A stretch of DNA of 64,000 nucleotides, taken from Okamejei kenojei. Taxonomy: Eukaryota. Position numbers and translations under genes: made by a program. Positions 14,592 to 25,809 of the stretch are shown here, in pieces. Location of the stretch: contig CM069157.1 in assembly GCA_035221665.1 (NCBI GenBank), positions 14,632,001 through 14,696,000 of the forward strand, in the 5' to 3' direction. A model generated the notes under the pieces. It worked only from the letters and a program-made list of their open reading frames with translations. It had not been told where the DNA came from and made no database searches. Numbering within the stretch: the stretch's first letter is position 1; the number at the start of each line of letters is the position of its first letter.

Positions 14592-14766
14592 TCTTTAAGA
14601 AGGAACTGCAGATACTGGAAAATCGAAGGTAGACAAAAATGCTGGAGAAACTCAGCGGGTGCGGCAGCATCTATGGAGCGAAGGAAATAGGCAACGTTTC
14701 GGGCCGAAACGTTGCCTATTTCCTTCGCTCCATAGAAGCCGTCTCACCCGCTGAGTTTCTTCAGCA
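14592..14766. mobile_element. Near-perfect fold-back Penelope-like element (second subfamily)
   Basis: Arms ctatggagcgaaggaaataggcaacgtttcgg|g|ccgaaacgttgcctatttccttcgctccatag; flanks agcattctatatata (14577-14591) and agcactctatatata (14763-14777). Confidence 0.8.
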
Positions 14767-15226
14767 CTCTATATATAGTTGCCTTTGTGTACTATCTTGT
14801 TGAAGTGAGACTGTATTAAATGAGGCCCACTGATTTGAGATGAATTTGTGAGATGGATGCAATGCATTAGCTCTCTGCCTGTGTGCATGGTCATTGTAAG
14901 TTAATTAAAAAAATGTTATAATTTCAAATATCCAAATTGATAATGCCAACTGCTTTCACTGTTGTGGTATTTACATAGTTCACCAGACTTACATTGCTCC
15001 ATCTTTTGGTGCCTTTGATGTTCATTTCTCTTTGCTACAATCATTTATATCCATTTTACATCTGTGGACTTGCTCCAGCAAATTTAGAAGCAAGCTACTC
15101 AAGGGGAGTCAAGAAATTATTAACAGAAGGAGAACAGATGGAAAACCATTCATTAGTTGACAGGATAGGTTTTTATTTTATCTTTGCTGAGGCTGAATAA
15201 TTCATTTCAGAAATACTCCCAATAAA

Positions 15227-15529
15227 GGGCGGTACGGTGGCGCAGTGGTAGTGTTGCTGTCAAACAGCGCCAGAGACCCGGGTTCGATCCTGACTATGGG
15301 TGCTCTGTACGGAGTTTGTACGTTCTCCCCGTGAACTGCGTGGGTTTTCTCTGGGATCTCCAGTTTCCTCCCTCACTCCAAAGACATCCAGGTTTCTCAG
15401 TTAATTGACATTGTAAATTTACAAAGTGTCCCTAGTGTGTGTAAGATAGCGTTAATGTGCGGAGGTTGCTGGTTGGCATTGACTCAGTGAACCGAAGGGC
15501 TAGTTTCCAATTGGTAACTCTAAACTGAA
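15227..15529 (+). mobile_element. HE1-type V-SINE
   Basis: A box tggcgcagtgg, B box ggttcgatcc, V-SINE core, CR1-like tail. Confidence 0.88.
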
Positions 15530-16049
15530 TTTAAGTTGCTGCAAATCCTGGGTATGGGTATCTACTTTATATTGTTCATTTCTAGAGCTTTCAGAATGCT
15601 TCTTGGTAAGAGAGTGTTCCAAAGGCTGATTTTGCAGCAAGATAATAATGTGAAAATAGGGTATGAAGTAGTCAACGTTAATATTTAAATGAAAGACAAA
15701 TTATTCCCCATGAAACAAACCAGAAAATGAATGTGCAAGTCTCATATTTATTCAAGTGCTCTTGCATTCAGTTAACTAGACAATTTAATGGGTTTTTAAT
15801 TAGTGGGAGACAATAAGTTTATAGACTTGTGTGATGAGAACTATGAACTGATGGTATTATCCTTAATTGAAGTCAACAGACGTTTGGGTTAACAATGACC
15901 ATCTGAGAGTCAGAAATGGCAGCATTGCCTGAGAACGTTCATGTCTTTGTTGCATTGTGTCATTTTATAGATCCATAAAGACCAACTCGTCTCCCATTGA
16001 TCATGAATTAAAGTTACAAAACTACACGTATTATCTGCTGTAGGAAGGT

Positions 16050-16318
16050 TCCTCCCATCCTTCTCTCCAGAGATGCAGCCTGTCCCACTGAGTTGCTCCA
16101 GCATTTTGATTCTATCTTTGGTGTACACCAGTATCTGCAGTTCCGTCCTACACAAAGAAATGCAGATGCTGGTTTTTACCAATGATGGACACGAGATGCT
16201 GGAGCGACTCAAATGGTCAGGCAGCATCTCTGGAGAGAGGGGATGGGTGACTTTTTAGATCACCCATTCCTTCTCTCCCGAGATACTGAGTTACCCCAGC
16301 ATGTTGTGTCTATCTTGC
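16050..16318. mobile_element. Two adjacent Penelope-like arm/fold-back copies
   Basis: ttctctccagagatgcagcctg...tctgcagttcc followed by aaatgcagatgctgg...ggtgactttttagatcacc...gtgtctatc. Confidence 0.65.
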
Positions 16319-16424
16319 ATGTACTATCTACTGCACAGGCCTGCAAACTGATACAACTCTGCCTTTTCAAAACATGGCTGCATACTGGCTTGGCTCATTG
16401 AGCTTAGTTAGGCCACTTATGTTT

Positions 16425-16755
16425 GATTTAATTAAGAGATGCAGCAGGATACCAGGCCTTTGGTCCACTGAGTCCACGTTGACCATTGATCACCCATTCA
16501 ACATAATTCACACTAGTTATCTCACTTTTTCATCCACTCCCTACACGATCGGGGCTATTTACAGATGCCAATTAACCTGCAACCTCGTATGTCTTTGGGA
16601 TGTGGGAGGAAACCAGAGCACTCGGAAGAAGCCCACGCAAATAGCACCCAAGGTCAACGCTAGGGGAGAACATGCAAACTCCACACAAATAGCACCCAAG
16701 GTCAGGATCGAACCCAGATCTCTGGTGCAGTGAGAAACCATCTGCGCCACTGTAA
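16425..16755 (-). mobile_element. HE1-type V-SINE with an internal duplication
   Basis: Reverse HE1 core; caaatagcacccaaggtca occurs twice (16638-16656, 16686-16704). Confidence 0.8.
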
Positions 16756-17557
16756 TATGGCGTTGCCCCTATTAAATGCAAAATAATATTTTTCTGGAGT
16801 TATAGAAAGCATCTATAAATGTTGGTGATCACAAGTGAGCAGGTGCAGAATGTAAACCATTGATGTGACTTATTTCTAGTGTAATTTATGCCAAAAACCC
16901 CCCACTTTTTGCGTTTCTCCAGTTTGACTAATTATAAGAAGTGGATATTTAAAAGTCAGTCCCGGTACGTGACCGAGCAGAGCGTGAGAATATTTTTGAA
17001 AGTTGCCAATCACACCTCGTGGTAAAGTGTTTCCACATAGATAGAAAATAAATGTGACTGTGAATGTGATATATCAGTTAGATGATTATCAGCTACGTTT
17101 TTCCGTTAAGAAACAGTAGCTGCTTTTAAAAAAAAATACTGAAGTACAAAGCAGCAGCGGGTAACTTAACCCTTCGAGTACTGTAAAACCTTTTGCACTG
17201 CAAATGGACTCCAGCAAGGAAATTGATCTGTTAATGGTGTACACCATACAAATGAAACATTCTCCACATGCAAATACAGCTGATTTCAAACTATTATTTT
17301 CAGTGTTGCGCAAGGGAATATATCAATGATCACCCACTGCACAGGGTTTGCACACTCAACAGCTTGAAATCATTCTTGGAGTCTCAGTACACTGAGTGAG
17401 CTCACACTCTTACAGCATTAAGGCAACTGGATTTCAACCAACATATAAAAATAGCCATTAAAGCAAAATGAACATGAGTCCTTTGAGGCTGTCATTTCTG
17501 CAGCAGTTCCCTTTTATTTGGAAGCTGCTTGAATAGATGGTGACTGGTGGAAGCTAC

Positions 17558-18162
17558 GTTTAATGTGGAGAAATGTGAGGTTATCCACTTTGGTAGCAAA
17601 AACAGGAAGGCAGATCACTATCTAAATGGCGTCAAGTTGCGAAAAGGGGAAGTACAATGGGATCTGGGGGTCCTTCTATATCAGTCTATGAAAGTAAGCA
17701 TGCAGGTACAGCAGGCAGTGAAGAAAGCGAATGGCACGTTGGCCTTTATAACAAGAGGAGTCGAGTATAGGAGCAAAGAGGTCCTTCTGCAGTTGTACAG
17801 AGCCCTAGTGAGACCACACCTGGAGTATTGTGTGCAGTTTTGGTCCCCTAATTTGAGGAAACACATTCTTGCTATTGAGGGAGTGCAGCGTAGGTTTACA
17901 AGGTTAATTCCCGGGATGGCGGGACTGTCATATGCTGAGAGAATGAAGCAGCTGGGCTTGTACACTCTGGAGTTTAGAAGGATGAGAGGGGATCTTATTT
18001 GAAACATATAAGATCGTTAAGGGTTTGGACACACTGGAGGCAGGAAACATGTTCCCGATGTTGGGGGAGTCCAGAACCAGGGGCCACGATTTAGGAATAA
18101 GAGGTAAGCCATTTAGAACGGAGACAAGGAAACACTTTTTCTCACAGAGAGTGGTGAGTGTA
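17558..18162 (+). mobile_element. CR1 LINE ORF2 fragment (relatively young)
   Basis: ORF 17547-18002: FNVEKCEVIHFG...DLGV...LYRALVRPHLEYCVQFWSP...RRMRGDLI, the typical CR1 C-terminal region; frameshift at ~18000. Confidence 0.92.
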
Positions 18163-18349
18163 TGAGCATGTCCAAATCTTTCTCTTTTTGTTTTAATTTT
18201 TGGAGTGTTGAGAGAATGGTCAGGATATAGAAAACTCAGGGGTGGTTTAATCAAAGTGTTTAGGCCGAGAGTTAAAGACTCAGATCTGTGACTTTTCATT
18301 AGAACTGTGAAAAATGTTGAGGTTTAAAACAAAACCGTTATAAGTTACA

Positions 18350-18449
18350 GGGAAGGTAGACAAAAATGCTGGAGAAACTCAGCAGGTGCGGCAGCATCTA
18401 TGGAGCGAAGGAAATAGGCGACGTTTCGGGCCGAAGCCCTTCTTCAGAC
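18350..18449 (-). mobile_element. Penelope-like arm carrying the best-preserved hammerhead motif
   Basis: Minus strand of 18417-18449 reads GTCTGAAGAAGGGCTTCGGCCCGAAACGTCGCC. Confidence 0.75.
18417..18449 (-). ncRNA. Putative minimal type I hammerhead ribozyme (PLE-type)
   Basis: Core boxes CUGAAGA and GAAA, stem II GGGC-UUCG-GCCC, palindromic ACGU helix III, GUC cleavage triplet. Helix I is only ~2 bp in this copy. Confidence 0.6.
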
Positions 18450-19060
18450 AGGGAGGGAGGAGGGGGGAGGGGCAGTGAGAACAAAAGGATAGGTGGCTAC
18501 TGGGGAGATTGAGTAACACTAGTGGTGACGTTCTTGGTTGTGGGGACTGGCAAATTAATGTTACAGACCTTTACTTTGCTCCCCCTGGAACTTTTAAAAA
18601 ACCATTTACTTTTTCTAGGTTCTACAAAATTTGTCTTGTCTGTTTTAATTTCCATTTTCCAGTATCCACAATATATTTGGCAGATGATCTAAGAACTGAC
18701 TAGGACTGAGAATCAGAAAATCACCTGGCAGGGGAGTTGAAAAACTAGCAGTACATCCCCAAAACTGGGTGCAGGGGACTCAGCTGATAGCAGCAAACAT
18801 GTTCACACAAAGGACAGTGGAATCATGAAATCACTCCTCAAAGACGGTTGAAAGTAGGTCAATTGATTTAGGGTCTTTAGATAGTATTAAGGGCAGATGG
18901 AAAGTATGAAAGTAGAAATAACACTCGATCAAAATGAAAGGTTCAATAAGCTGAATGTCTAATTCTAAGAGCAAATTGTGATTTGTGACTTAACAATGAT
19001 GAGTTTATTGCTGCACTAATTTTATATACCATTTATGAACAATTACTCCGATACTTAGAA

Positions 19061-19372
19061 GGGCAGCACGGTGGCGCAGCGGTAGAGTTGCAGCCTTACA
19101 GCGCTCAGATTGCCAGAGACCCGGGTTCGATCCCGACTACGGGTGTTGTCTGTACAGAGTTTGTACGTTCTCCCCGTGACCGTGTGGGTTTTCTCTGAGA
19201 TTTTTGGTTTCCTCCCACACCCCAAAAACGTACAGGTTTGTAGGTTAATTGGCTTGGTATAAAAGTAAATTGCCTCCTAGTGCGAGGAGGAACGATCATG
19301 TGCGGGGATCGCTGATCGGTGCGGACTCGGTGGGCCGAGGGGCCTGTTTCCGCGCTGTATCTCTAAACTAAA
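19061..19372 (+). mobile_element. HE1-type V-SINE, near full length
   Basis: gggcagcacggtggcgcagcggtagag (A box), ggttcgatccc (B box), tail gggcctgtttccgcgctgtatctctaaactaaa. Confidence 0.9.
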
Positions 19373-19524
19373 TGAAAGTCTCTACAGTATTAAAATTATT
19401 AGCTGATCAAAGGAAAAGTAGCCAGGACAGGGTCATCAAACCAGAACCACACTCAATACTCTAATTGCAGCTTTACCAAAGTCCTATACTGACACCATAC
19501 CTGCCTTGCGAGAGTTTGTTTAAA

Positions 19525-20228
19525 TTAGTTTAAGATTAGTTTATTTTAGATTAGATAGGGCAGGGAAACAGGTCCTTCAGCCTACCAAGTCCATGCCGAC
19601 CAACGATCACCATTCACGCTAGCTCTATCCTCCACACAAGGGCTAATTAACACATGCCAATTAACCTACAAATCTGCACGACTTGAGGGAGGAAATCGGA
19701 GCATCCAGAGAAAACCCACACCGTCACAGGGAGGATGTATGAACCAAAGATCCTATAGCAAGCAAAATAAACCACTCGACGAAAAAGACATAGTACGGTC
19801 ATGGGCAGATTCATGGGTAATTGTTGGCCCCATTTCCGTAACCGGTTTCCGTCTCCGCACCAAACATCCCATAGCGGAGCAAAGATAACTAGTGCAGAGA
19901 CGGAAGCCGGTTACGGAAACATCCTCGTAAAAATAAAAGTTCTTTGATAAAAATCTTCTCCTCGTTTTCAGAATTATAATTTATTAACACAAACTGTTCC
20001 CCTGCAACGTTGATTACACTGCGAGTCGGGTTGGGTCAGGTCGGGTTACTGAAAAAAAGGATGAAAAAAAGGCCCACGTTCCTCTCCGTTGCGTACTACA
20101 CGTCAGCCCATTGCATTTAGCAGGAGTGGTCTATCTTGCTCCGCTATAGGATCTTTGGTATAAACTCCATACAGAGAGCACCCATAGTTAGGATTGAACT
20201 TGGGACTCAGGTGCTGTAAGCACCACCT
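19525..20228 (-). mobile_element. HE1-type V-SINE interrupted by a MITE
   Basis: The SINE halves join across the insert as gaggatgtat...aaactccatacagagagcaccc. Confidence 0.8.
19744..20158. mobile_element. Non-autonomous DNA transposon (MITE), 415 bp, ~35-bp TIRs
   Basis: Left ccaaagatcctatagcaagcaaaataaaccactc versus right gagtggtctatcttgctccgctataggatctttgg; candidate 6-bp TSD tatgaa/tataaa. Confidence 0.8.
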
Positions 20229-20269
20229 CTGATTTGATTAACAAAAGAATGATGCAGTGCAAATGTGAG

Positions 20270-20392
20270 TAAAGAAATACGGATGCTAGTTTACACCGAA
20301 GAGAGACTCAAAATGCTGGAGTAACTCAGCGGGACAGGCAGCATCTCTGGCGAGAAGAAATGGGTGATGTTTCGGGCCGAGACCTTCTTCAA
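20270..20392 (-). mobile_element. Penelope-like single arm
   Basis: aaatgctggagtaactcagcgggacaggcagcatctctgg...gtttcgggccgagaccttcttc. Confidence 0.7.
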
Positions 20393-20991
20393 ATGTTGCA
20401 TAAACATGGCTTTTGTCATACAGTGCATGCTTCTCTCTTACACATATTTCATATAAAATAAATGTATCATTCATGCATTTATAAATAATGCATACCTGAT
20501 CCATTTTCATTATTACGCATTATGAATTTTGTTATATTGATTTGAATTTTATTTTTCAGAATTCATAAATGCCTAGAAATTCAGTTGAATAACTTTTTTT
20601 CCTGTTGCAAATATTATTTATTCTGAAAGGAATGTCAATATTAATAATTTCTGGTTTGGAAATTCACCTGTGCATTTCCAGACATGAGCCAACCTCGCAA
20701 CCTAATATATTCTCCATATTAGAGATGCAAGGAATAATGGGATTTTCTATGCAATGCTTCGAATGGATCTTTGCTGGAAATTTGGGTTAATGTCCTCAGA
20801 GTGCCAATTGGCAACTTTGGCAACCTTGCCCCTTCTACTGCATATCTCATCCCTTTTCCTGCCTTGCCACTTCCACTTCCACACCATAAGCACCACCCTT
20901 CAACTCCTCCATCCTAGACCTCACAATTCCCAGTGTCCAGGTTTCAAATCTCCTGTCGGCCACCCGTGATCTCCACCCACCACCGTTCTCC

Positions 20992-21266
20992 AACATACAT
21001 ATCCAAACACAAGCATGCATTAAACGCACAGTCAAGATGCACACACATGCATACACATACACACGTCAGATGAACATGTGCATATGTGCATGTACATGCA
21101 TAGATAAACATGCATAAACACTCACTATATCATAAAGCATGCGCATGCATACAAACATACACTCATGCATACAGACATGAGCTTAGACATATGCTGCACA
21201 AACATGCATGTGCACACAGAGACACACAAACATGCATGTGCACACAGAGACACACAAACATGCACA
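20992..21266. repeat. CA/TG-rich low-complexity tract with a ~28-bp tandem unit
   Basis: aaacatgcatgtgcacacagagacacac repeated twice plus a partial copy. Confidence 0.85.
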
Positions 21267-21881
21267 GTCAGCTTCAGGCTTATTTCTGGGAGAGGGCACT
21301 TTTTTCTGCTCACAAATATACACCACCCAGTCAGTTGCATCTCAGAGACAAATGAAGACTAATTATGGATTTATGAAAATGTGCCCAGTGAGGTAGAATA
21401 CCTAATTTTTTTTTTCAAAGACTGTAGAGAGGCAGTGAATGCTGCAAACAGTGTGGATGGCCTCTCTGCCCGTACAAGGCCACAGAACCTGCCCGTGGGA
21501 GCCGCAGCCCACATTGTGTGCTATGAGACAGAGGTTAAAATCCAACCCAAATCCGATGGAGAATTGATGATGAGATCTTTTGGGTTTTTTTTTCAAAATG
21601 AAAGTGTGATTCTATGCAGCATCCATTATTCTATTTGATGTCCTGAAACATTCACCCTTCTTCACTTTCCACAGGTGCTGCCAGACCTGCTGGCATTTTC
21701 TGTATTCATTTCACAATTCCAGCAATTTTTTTAAATTTCAATTATTCTATGAATAAAATCTCATAAATCCAGAATCCATCTTAACATGTGATATTCTGAA
21801 CAATATCTAAACTCTCATTCTGTTCAACAGCCAGTGTCTGGAATGCTGCCACTCTTTCCCTTCCTACTTGTGTCCCTATAA

Positions 21882-22120
21882 AGAGTGAGTGTGTGTGAGA
21901 ATGGATGTGTGAGTGTGTGAGAGTGTGTGTGTGTGCGCGAACGATTGTGTGCACACGAGAGTGTGTATGAGAGAGTGTGTGAGAGCATGTGAGTGTGTGA
22001 ATATGCATGTGTGTGAGAGAGTGTGTGTGTGTGAAAGAGAGCGTGTGTGAGAGAGAGCGTGTGTGAGAGAGAGCGTGTGTGAGAGATTGTGTGTGCGGAA
22101 AAGCATGAGTGTGAGAGAGC
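21882..22120. repeat. (GT/GA)n compound microsatellite
   Basis: gtgtgtgagagagagc-type repeats. Confidence 0.9.
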
Positions 22121-23689
22121 GTAAATGGCTTGCGGATGGAACTTTGATCTGCTAATAGATAGCTGATCTTTGTTCATGTTTGTGAGAGGGAACAAAGACT
22201 GGAGGTAGACCAATTCTCTTATCATTTTGATGATGGGGTTAGAATGTGGCTGGCAGTCCTGAAATATATACACCACCATCACTATTTTAAAAATATGTCT
22301 GAATATCAGAGACACTTAAATGCAGTGAAGAGGAGCCTTGCAGGAGGTAAGGCATCAGTCTCCACTGCACCTTCCACCAGTAGTTGTGACAAGGCCTTAG
22401 CACTGAACCACATACCATCCCTTGTGCTGCACAACTGTTGGCAGGTGGAGGTTGTTGTCCCAGACAGCAGCTCACACTTACAGTGATCCCATCCACCTTT
22501 TAGAGTTCGTTTTGAAATCAGTTCATTGTGTTTAAGCAAGATAGTATCATTTGGGTTGGCTTATTGGTGCTGAAAAAGCATTTCTTTGCCAATAATATCA
22601 TTAATACCTGAACATTCTCATTTACACCAAAGCTGCAAATAATACTTGCTATTACTCCATCAGCTTGCTCTGTAAGAGGTGTGAGGGAGCAAGTCACATG
22701 TGCCTCTGTGGGTAATAAAGTGAAAATGCACTTGGTTAATAAATTAGTCTTCGCAGTGATAGAAAATTAACCCAGCTTCGAGACATATGTAAAGCACTAT
22801 ATTGCTGTGGTATCAACCGTTCTTCTATTATTGGCTTTGCCACCATATGTGCTTCATTTGAATAGCAACCAAATTAGACACCAGACTATGTTGTTGGTGA
22901 ATGGAAATAAGGCTAGAGGCACAGACAAGGCTTCTGATTCAACCAAGCAAACCCCACCCGCAGTTGAATGACATCAGCTGCAACTACATGTCACTGTGGG
23001 CATGAACAGATTTTAGTGGTTTCAAAGTATAAAACACAACAAAATGATTTTTGGGGAAACAAAACAAATGAGTAATTCCCATTCACATTGAATACTCTGG
23101 CCTGAAAATTCAAACGATTAACACTGTTTCTCTCTAAGCCATTCCACATCACTCCAGAATTTCTTAGAGTGATTCACTTTGTACCTAAAGCTATTTCTGT
23201 TTCAGTCACACAAGGGATAATGCCATTTCCTGTGTGGTGCCCTGTTTCTGAACATTAAAGATGCGATTGGACTGGGAACAGCTATCATTAAGTACTTCCA
23301 TCATCATGCTAAATTAGGACATCTGAGAGTTTAAGTTCCCTACCATCCACAACGTTTGGTTTTTGTACCATCAAATCTGCCGCTTGCCGCCCCAACCATG
23401 GCATTGGTTCTGACTCCTGACCAAGAATATGTCAATCTCCTCCTTAAAAATATCCATTGACTAGGCCTCCACAGCAACCTGTATTCTCCCTTCTAGTCTT
23501 TAGCCTTCCCCACAGCCAACCAGGCAAATGGAGGTAATGGGTGGCAAAGGCGGGGAAACAGTTAGGCCTCTGACTAGGGAAGTGTGAAGGCCCTCAGATC
23601 ACCATGTGGAGCATCAGCACTGTTGAGAGAGGTCATGAACACTGCCTGATATCCACCCCCAGGGGAAGTCCCTTTTGTGTGCCCTTCAG

Positions 23690-23835
23690 TTTGCAAGTTG
23701 ACTTTCAGTTTAACACCTCGCCTCCCAGCAATGCATCTCTGCCTTGTTAATGCACTGGAGTGTCGGCCCATATTACACGCACAAGTTCGGGTGTGGTGTT
23801 TGAGCACACAAAGTCCTGGCTCAGAGCCAAGCAGA
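23690..23835 (-). mobile_element. Ancient DeuSINE (SacSINE1/AmnSINE1-like) relic
   Basis: gtttaacacctc...tgcactggagtgtcggcc...caag...tttgagcacacaaagtcctggctcagag resembles the reverse Deu-domain/head as I recall it; not aligned computationally. Confidence 0.5.
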
Positions 23836-24470
23836 CCAGACTAGTTAAAACACTCGTCAAAATGTGTTTCAAAACACCTCCGTTTCACAAATGTTGTGCA
23901 CATTCTAGCATTGCATGCTTACGAGTTGAAGAACTAATCAAAACTGTTCAACCTCTAACCCAGATTCTCAAGAGAAAATCAACTTTCACTGGTAAAGCTG
24001 AAAGATGTGCCTTTGGGCAAAAGCCTCCACCGTCATGCTGGTAAAGCTTGTTTTTCCCAACAAAAAAGATGATGTCACTGCGAAGGGAAGTTGTTTTGCT
24101 GTAAGATTCCCTCACACTTACATCCACATTGCGGCTGAGGAAAAAAGGATAAAATAATGGGATATGGGAGAGATTTCAGCTTTGAGCCTCGTATCAAAAA
24201 TGCAAATGCAGAAATCGACAAGCAAATATAATTATCCATTCTTTCTCAAGTTACTTTGAAAAAATGTAATGGCATCTATTTTTTGCCAAGAAGGCTGGAG
24301 TGAATTTGAGGAGGTAATTTGCAATCTGAAAGGCCCTTTGGCCTCCAGTGAATTAATAAATCAGAAAACAAATAATTTTGAAAAAAGATAATTAGAAAAA
24401 AATCAATTTGTGAACATTTTCTCCCACATGGTCTAATGTGATTCATTACAGACTCCACAGTCGTCTTGCA

Positions 24471-24781
24471 AGGGCGGCACGATGGCGCAGCGGTAGAGTT
24501 GCTGCCTTACAGCGCCAGGGACCCAAGTTCGATCCTGACTACGGGTGCTGTGTGTACGTAGTTTATACGTTCTCCCTGTGCGCTTGGGTGCTCCTCGCGT
24601 GCTCCGGTGTCCTCCCACACTCCAAAGGCGTGCAGGTTTGTAGGTTAATTGGCTTTGGTAAAAATTGTAAATTGTCCAAAGTGTGTAGGATAGTGCGAAG
24701 TGTACGGGGATCGCTAGTCGGCGTGGACTCAGTGGGCCGAAGGGCCTGTTTCAACGCTGTATCTTAAAACTAAACTAAACA
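24471..24781 (+). mobile_element. HE1-type V-SINE
   Basis: A/B boxes, V core, (taaac)n tail. Confidence 0.9.
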
Positions 24782-25364
24782 CTGATTTAGCCAGGACACA
24801 GGAAGATACTAAAATAATACACCCATAGTGTAACACAGGTGCACTCAGCACTTAATAAAATCCAACTATCCACACCATATCTTTCATGATTTACACATTG
24901 ATTTCTGACTGCTGTCCATGTCTGTGTGTATGCTTAGAGGTCTTAGAGTTCAGGATATGTACATTATGAAAACTCTATAAGTGTGTGTGAGCGCTGAGAA
25001 CTCTGTGCATGCATATATTCAGTCCGCTCTATATGCACAGGCCTGAATAATCTACATGTGGACTTACTGAGAGCTCTATATGTGTAAACACTGAGATATC
25101 TGCATATGCATCTACTGGGACTGCTGTACCTGTACACACTGTTGATGAAGAACAGTGAAGCTAGTAAATATGTCAGAGTGAATCGACTTTCCATCTTATT
25201 CCCCTCATTCTCACCTTCTTTACCAAGTATGCTGAGTTACTTAGTAGATGGAAGCATGAAAGACGAAAGGTGGCAGACATTGTGGGCCGAAGGGCACATT
25301 TCCTTGCTGCAATGTTCAATGTTCTATGTATTACCCTATTGTTCAATAAAGCAATCTAATGAGC

Positions 25365-25740
25365 TTCAACAACAAACAACTTACATTTATACAGCAACTT
25401 TTTAACATTGTAAAACATTGCCTAGCACAGCATAGAACTACTGGTATGAAAATGAACGCCAATCCATGTAATGAGGTACTAAGGCAGAGCGGCAGGTTTG
25501 AAAGAAGGTAGGGAGGTGCAAGAGTTGAAGTCAGGATTTCCAGAGCTTAATGACTAGCCATCGCTACTAATGGTGGAGCAATTTCAATCAAGCATGATCA
25601 AATGTCCAGGATTTGAGAAGTGCAGGTGTCTTGGAAGGTTATAGCACCAGATTAAATTACAGGCAAAGGGAGCGACAAGGCCATTAAGGGGTTTCAAAAG
25701 AAGAATAAGAATATTAAAATTGAAGTTAATATGTGATGAG
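25365..25740 (-). mobile_element. Old L2-like LINE 3' fragment
   Basis: acttacatttatacagc tail; minus-strand translation contains NFNILILLLKPLNGLVAP, resembling the L2 ORF2 C-terminus. Confidence 0.5.
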
Positions 25741-25809
25741 AATTGGATTAGTGTAGATGGGTAGATAATGGTCAGCATAAACTCCATGTTCTTTTGGATA
25801 TTTACTATC

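Noticed and set aside
14640-14766. Pre-miRNA interpretation of the near-perfect hairpin
   Set aside because: It belongs to the dispersed fold-back repeat family; there is no expression evidence and no known mature sequence.
15227-15300. tRNA-like A/B-box sequences at SINE heads
   Set aside because: They continue directly into the V-SINE core; these are SINE promoters, not tRNA genes.
18723-18785. ACCTGGCAGGGGAG matches the 5' part of U1 snRNA
   Set aside because: Only ~14 nt match; the downstream sequence and spacing do not follow U1, and there is no Sm site. Likely chance.
21781-22315. His/Thr/Ser-rich ORFs
   Set aside because: Translations of a (GT/GA)n microsatellite.
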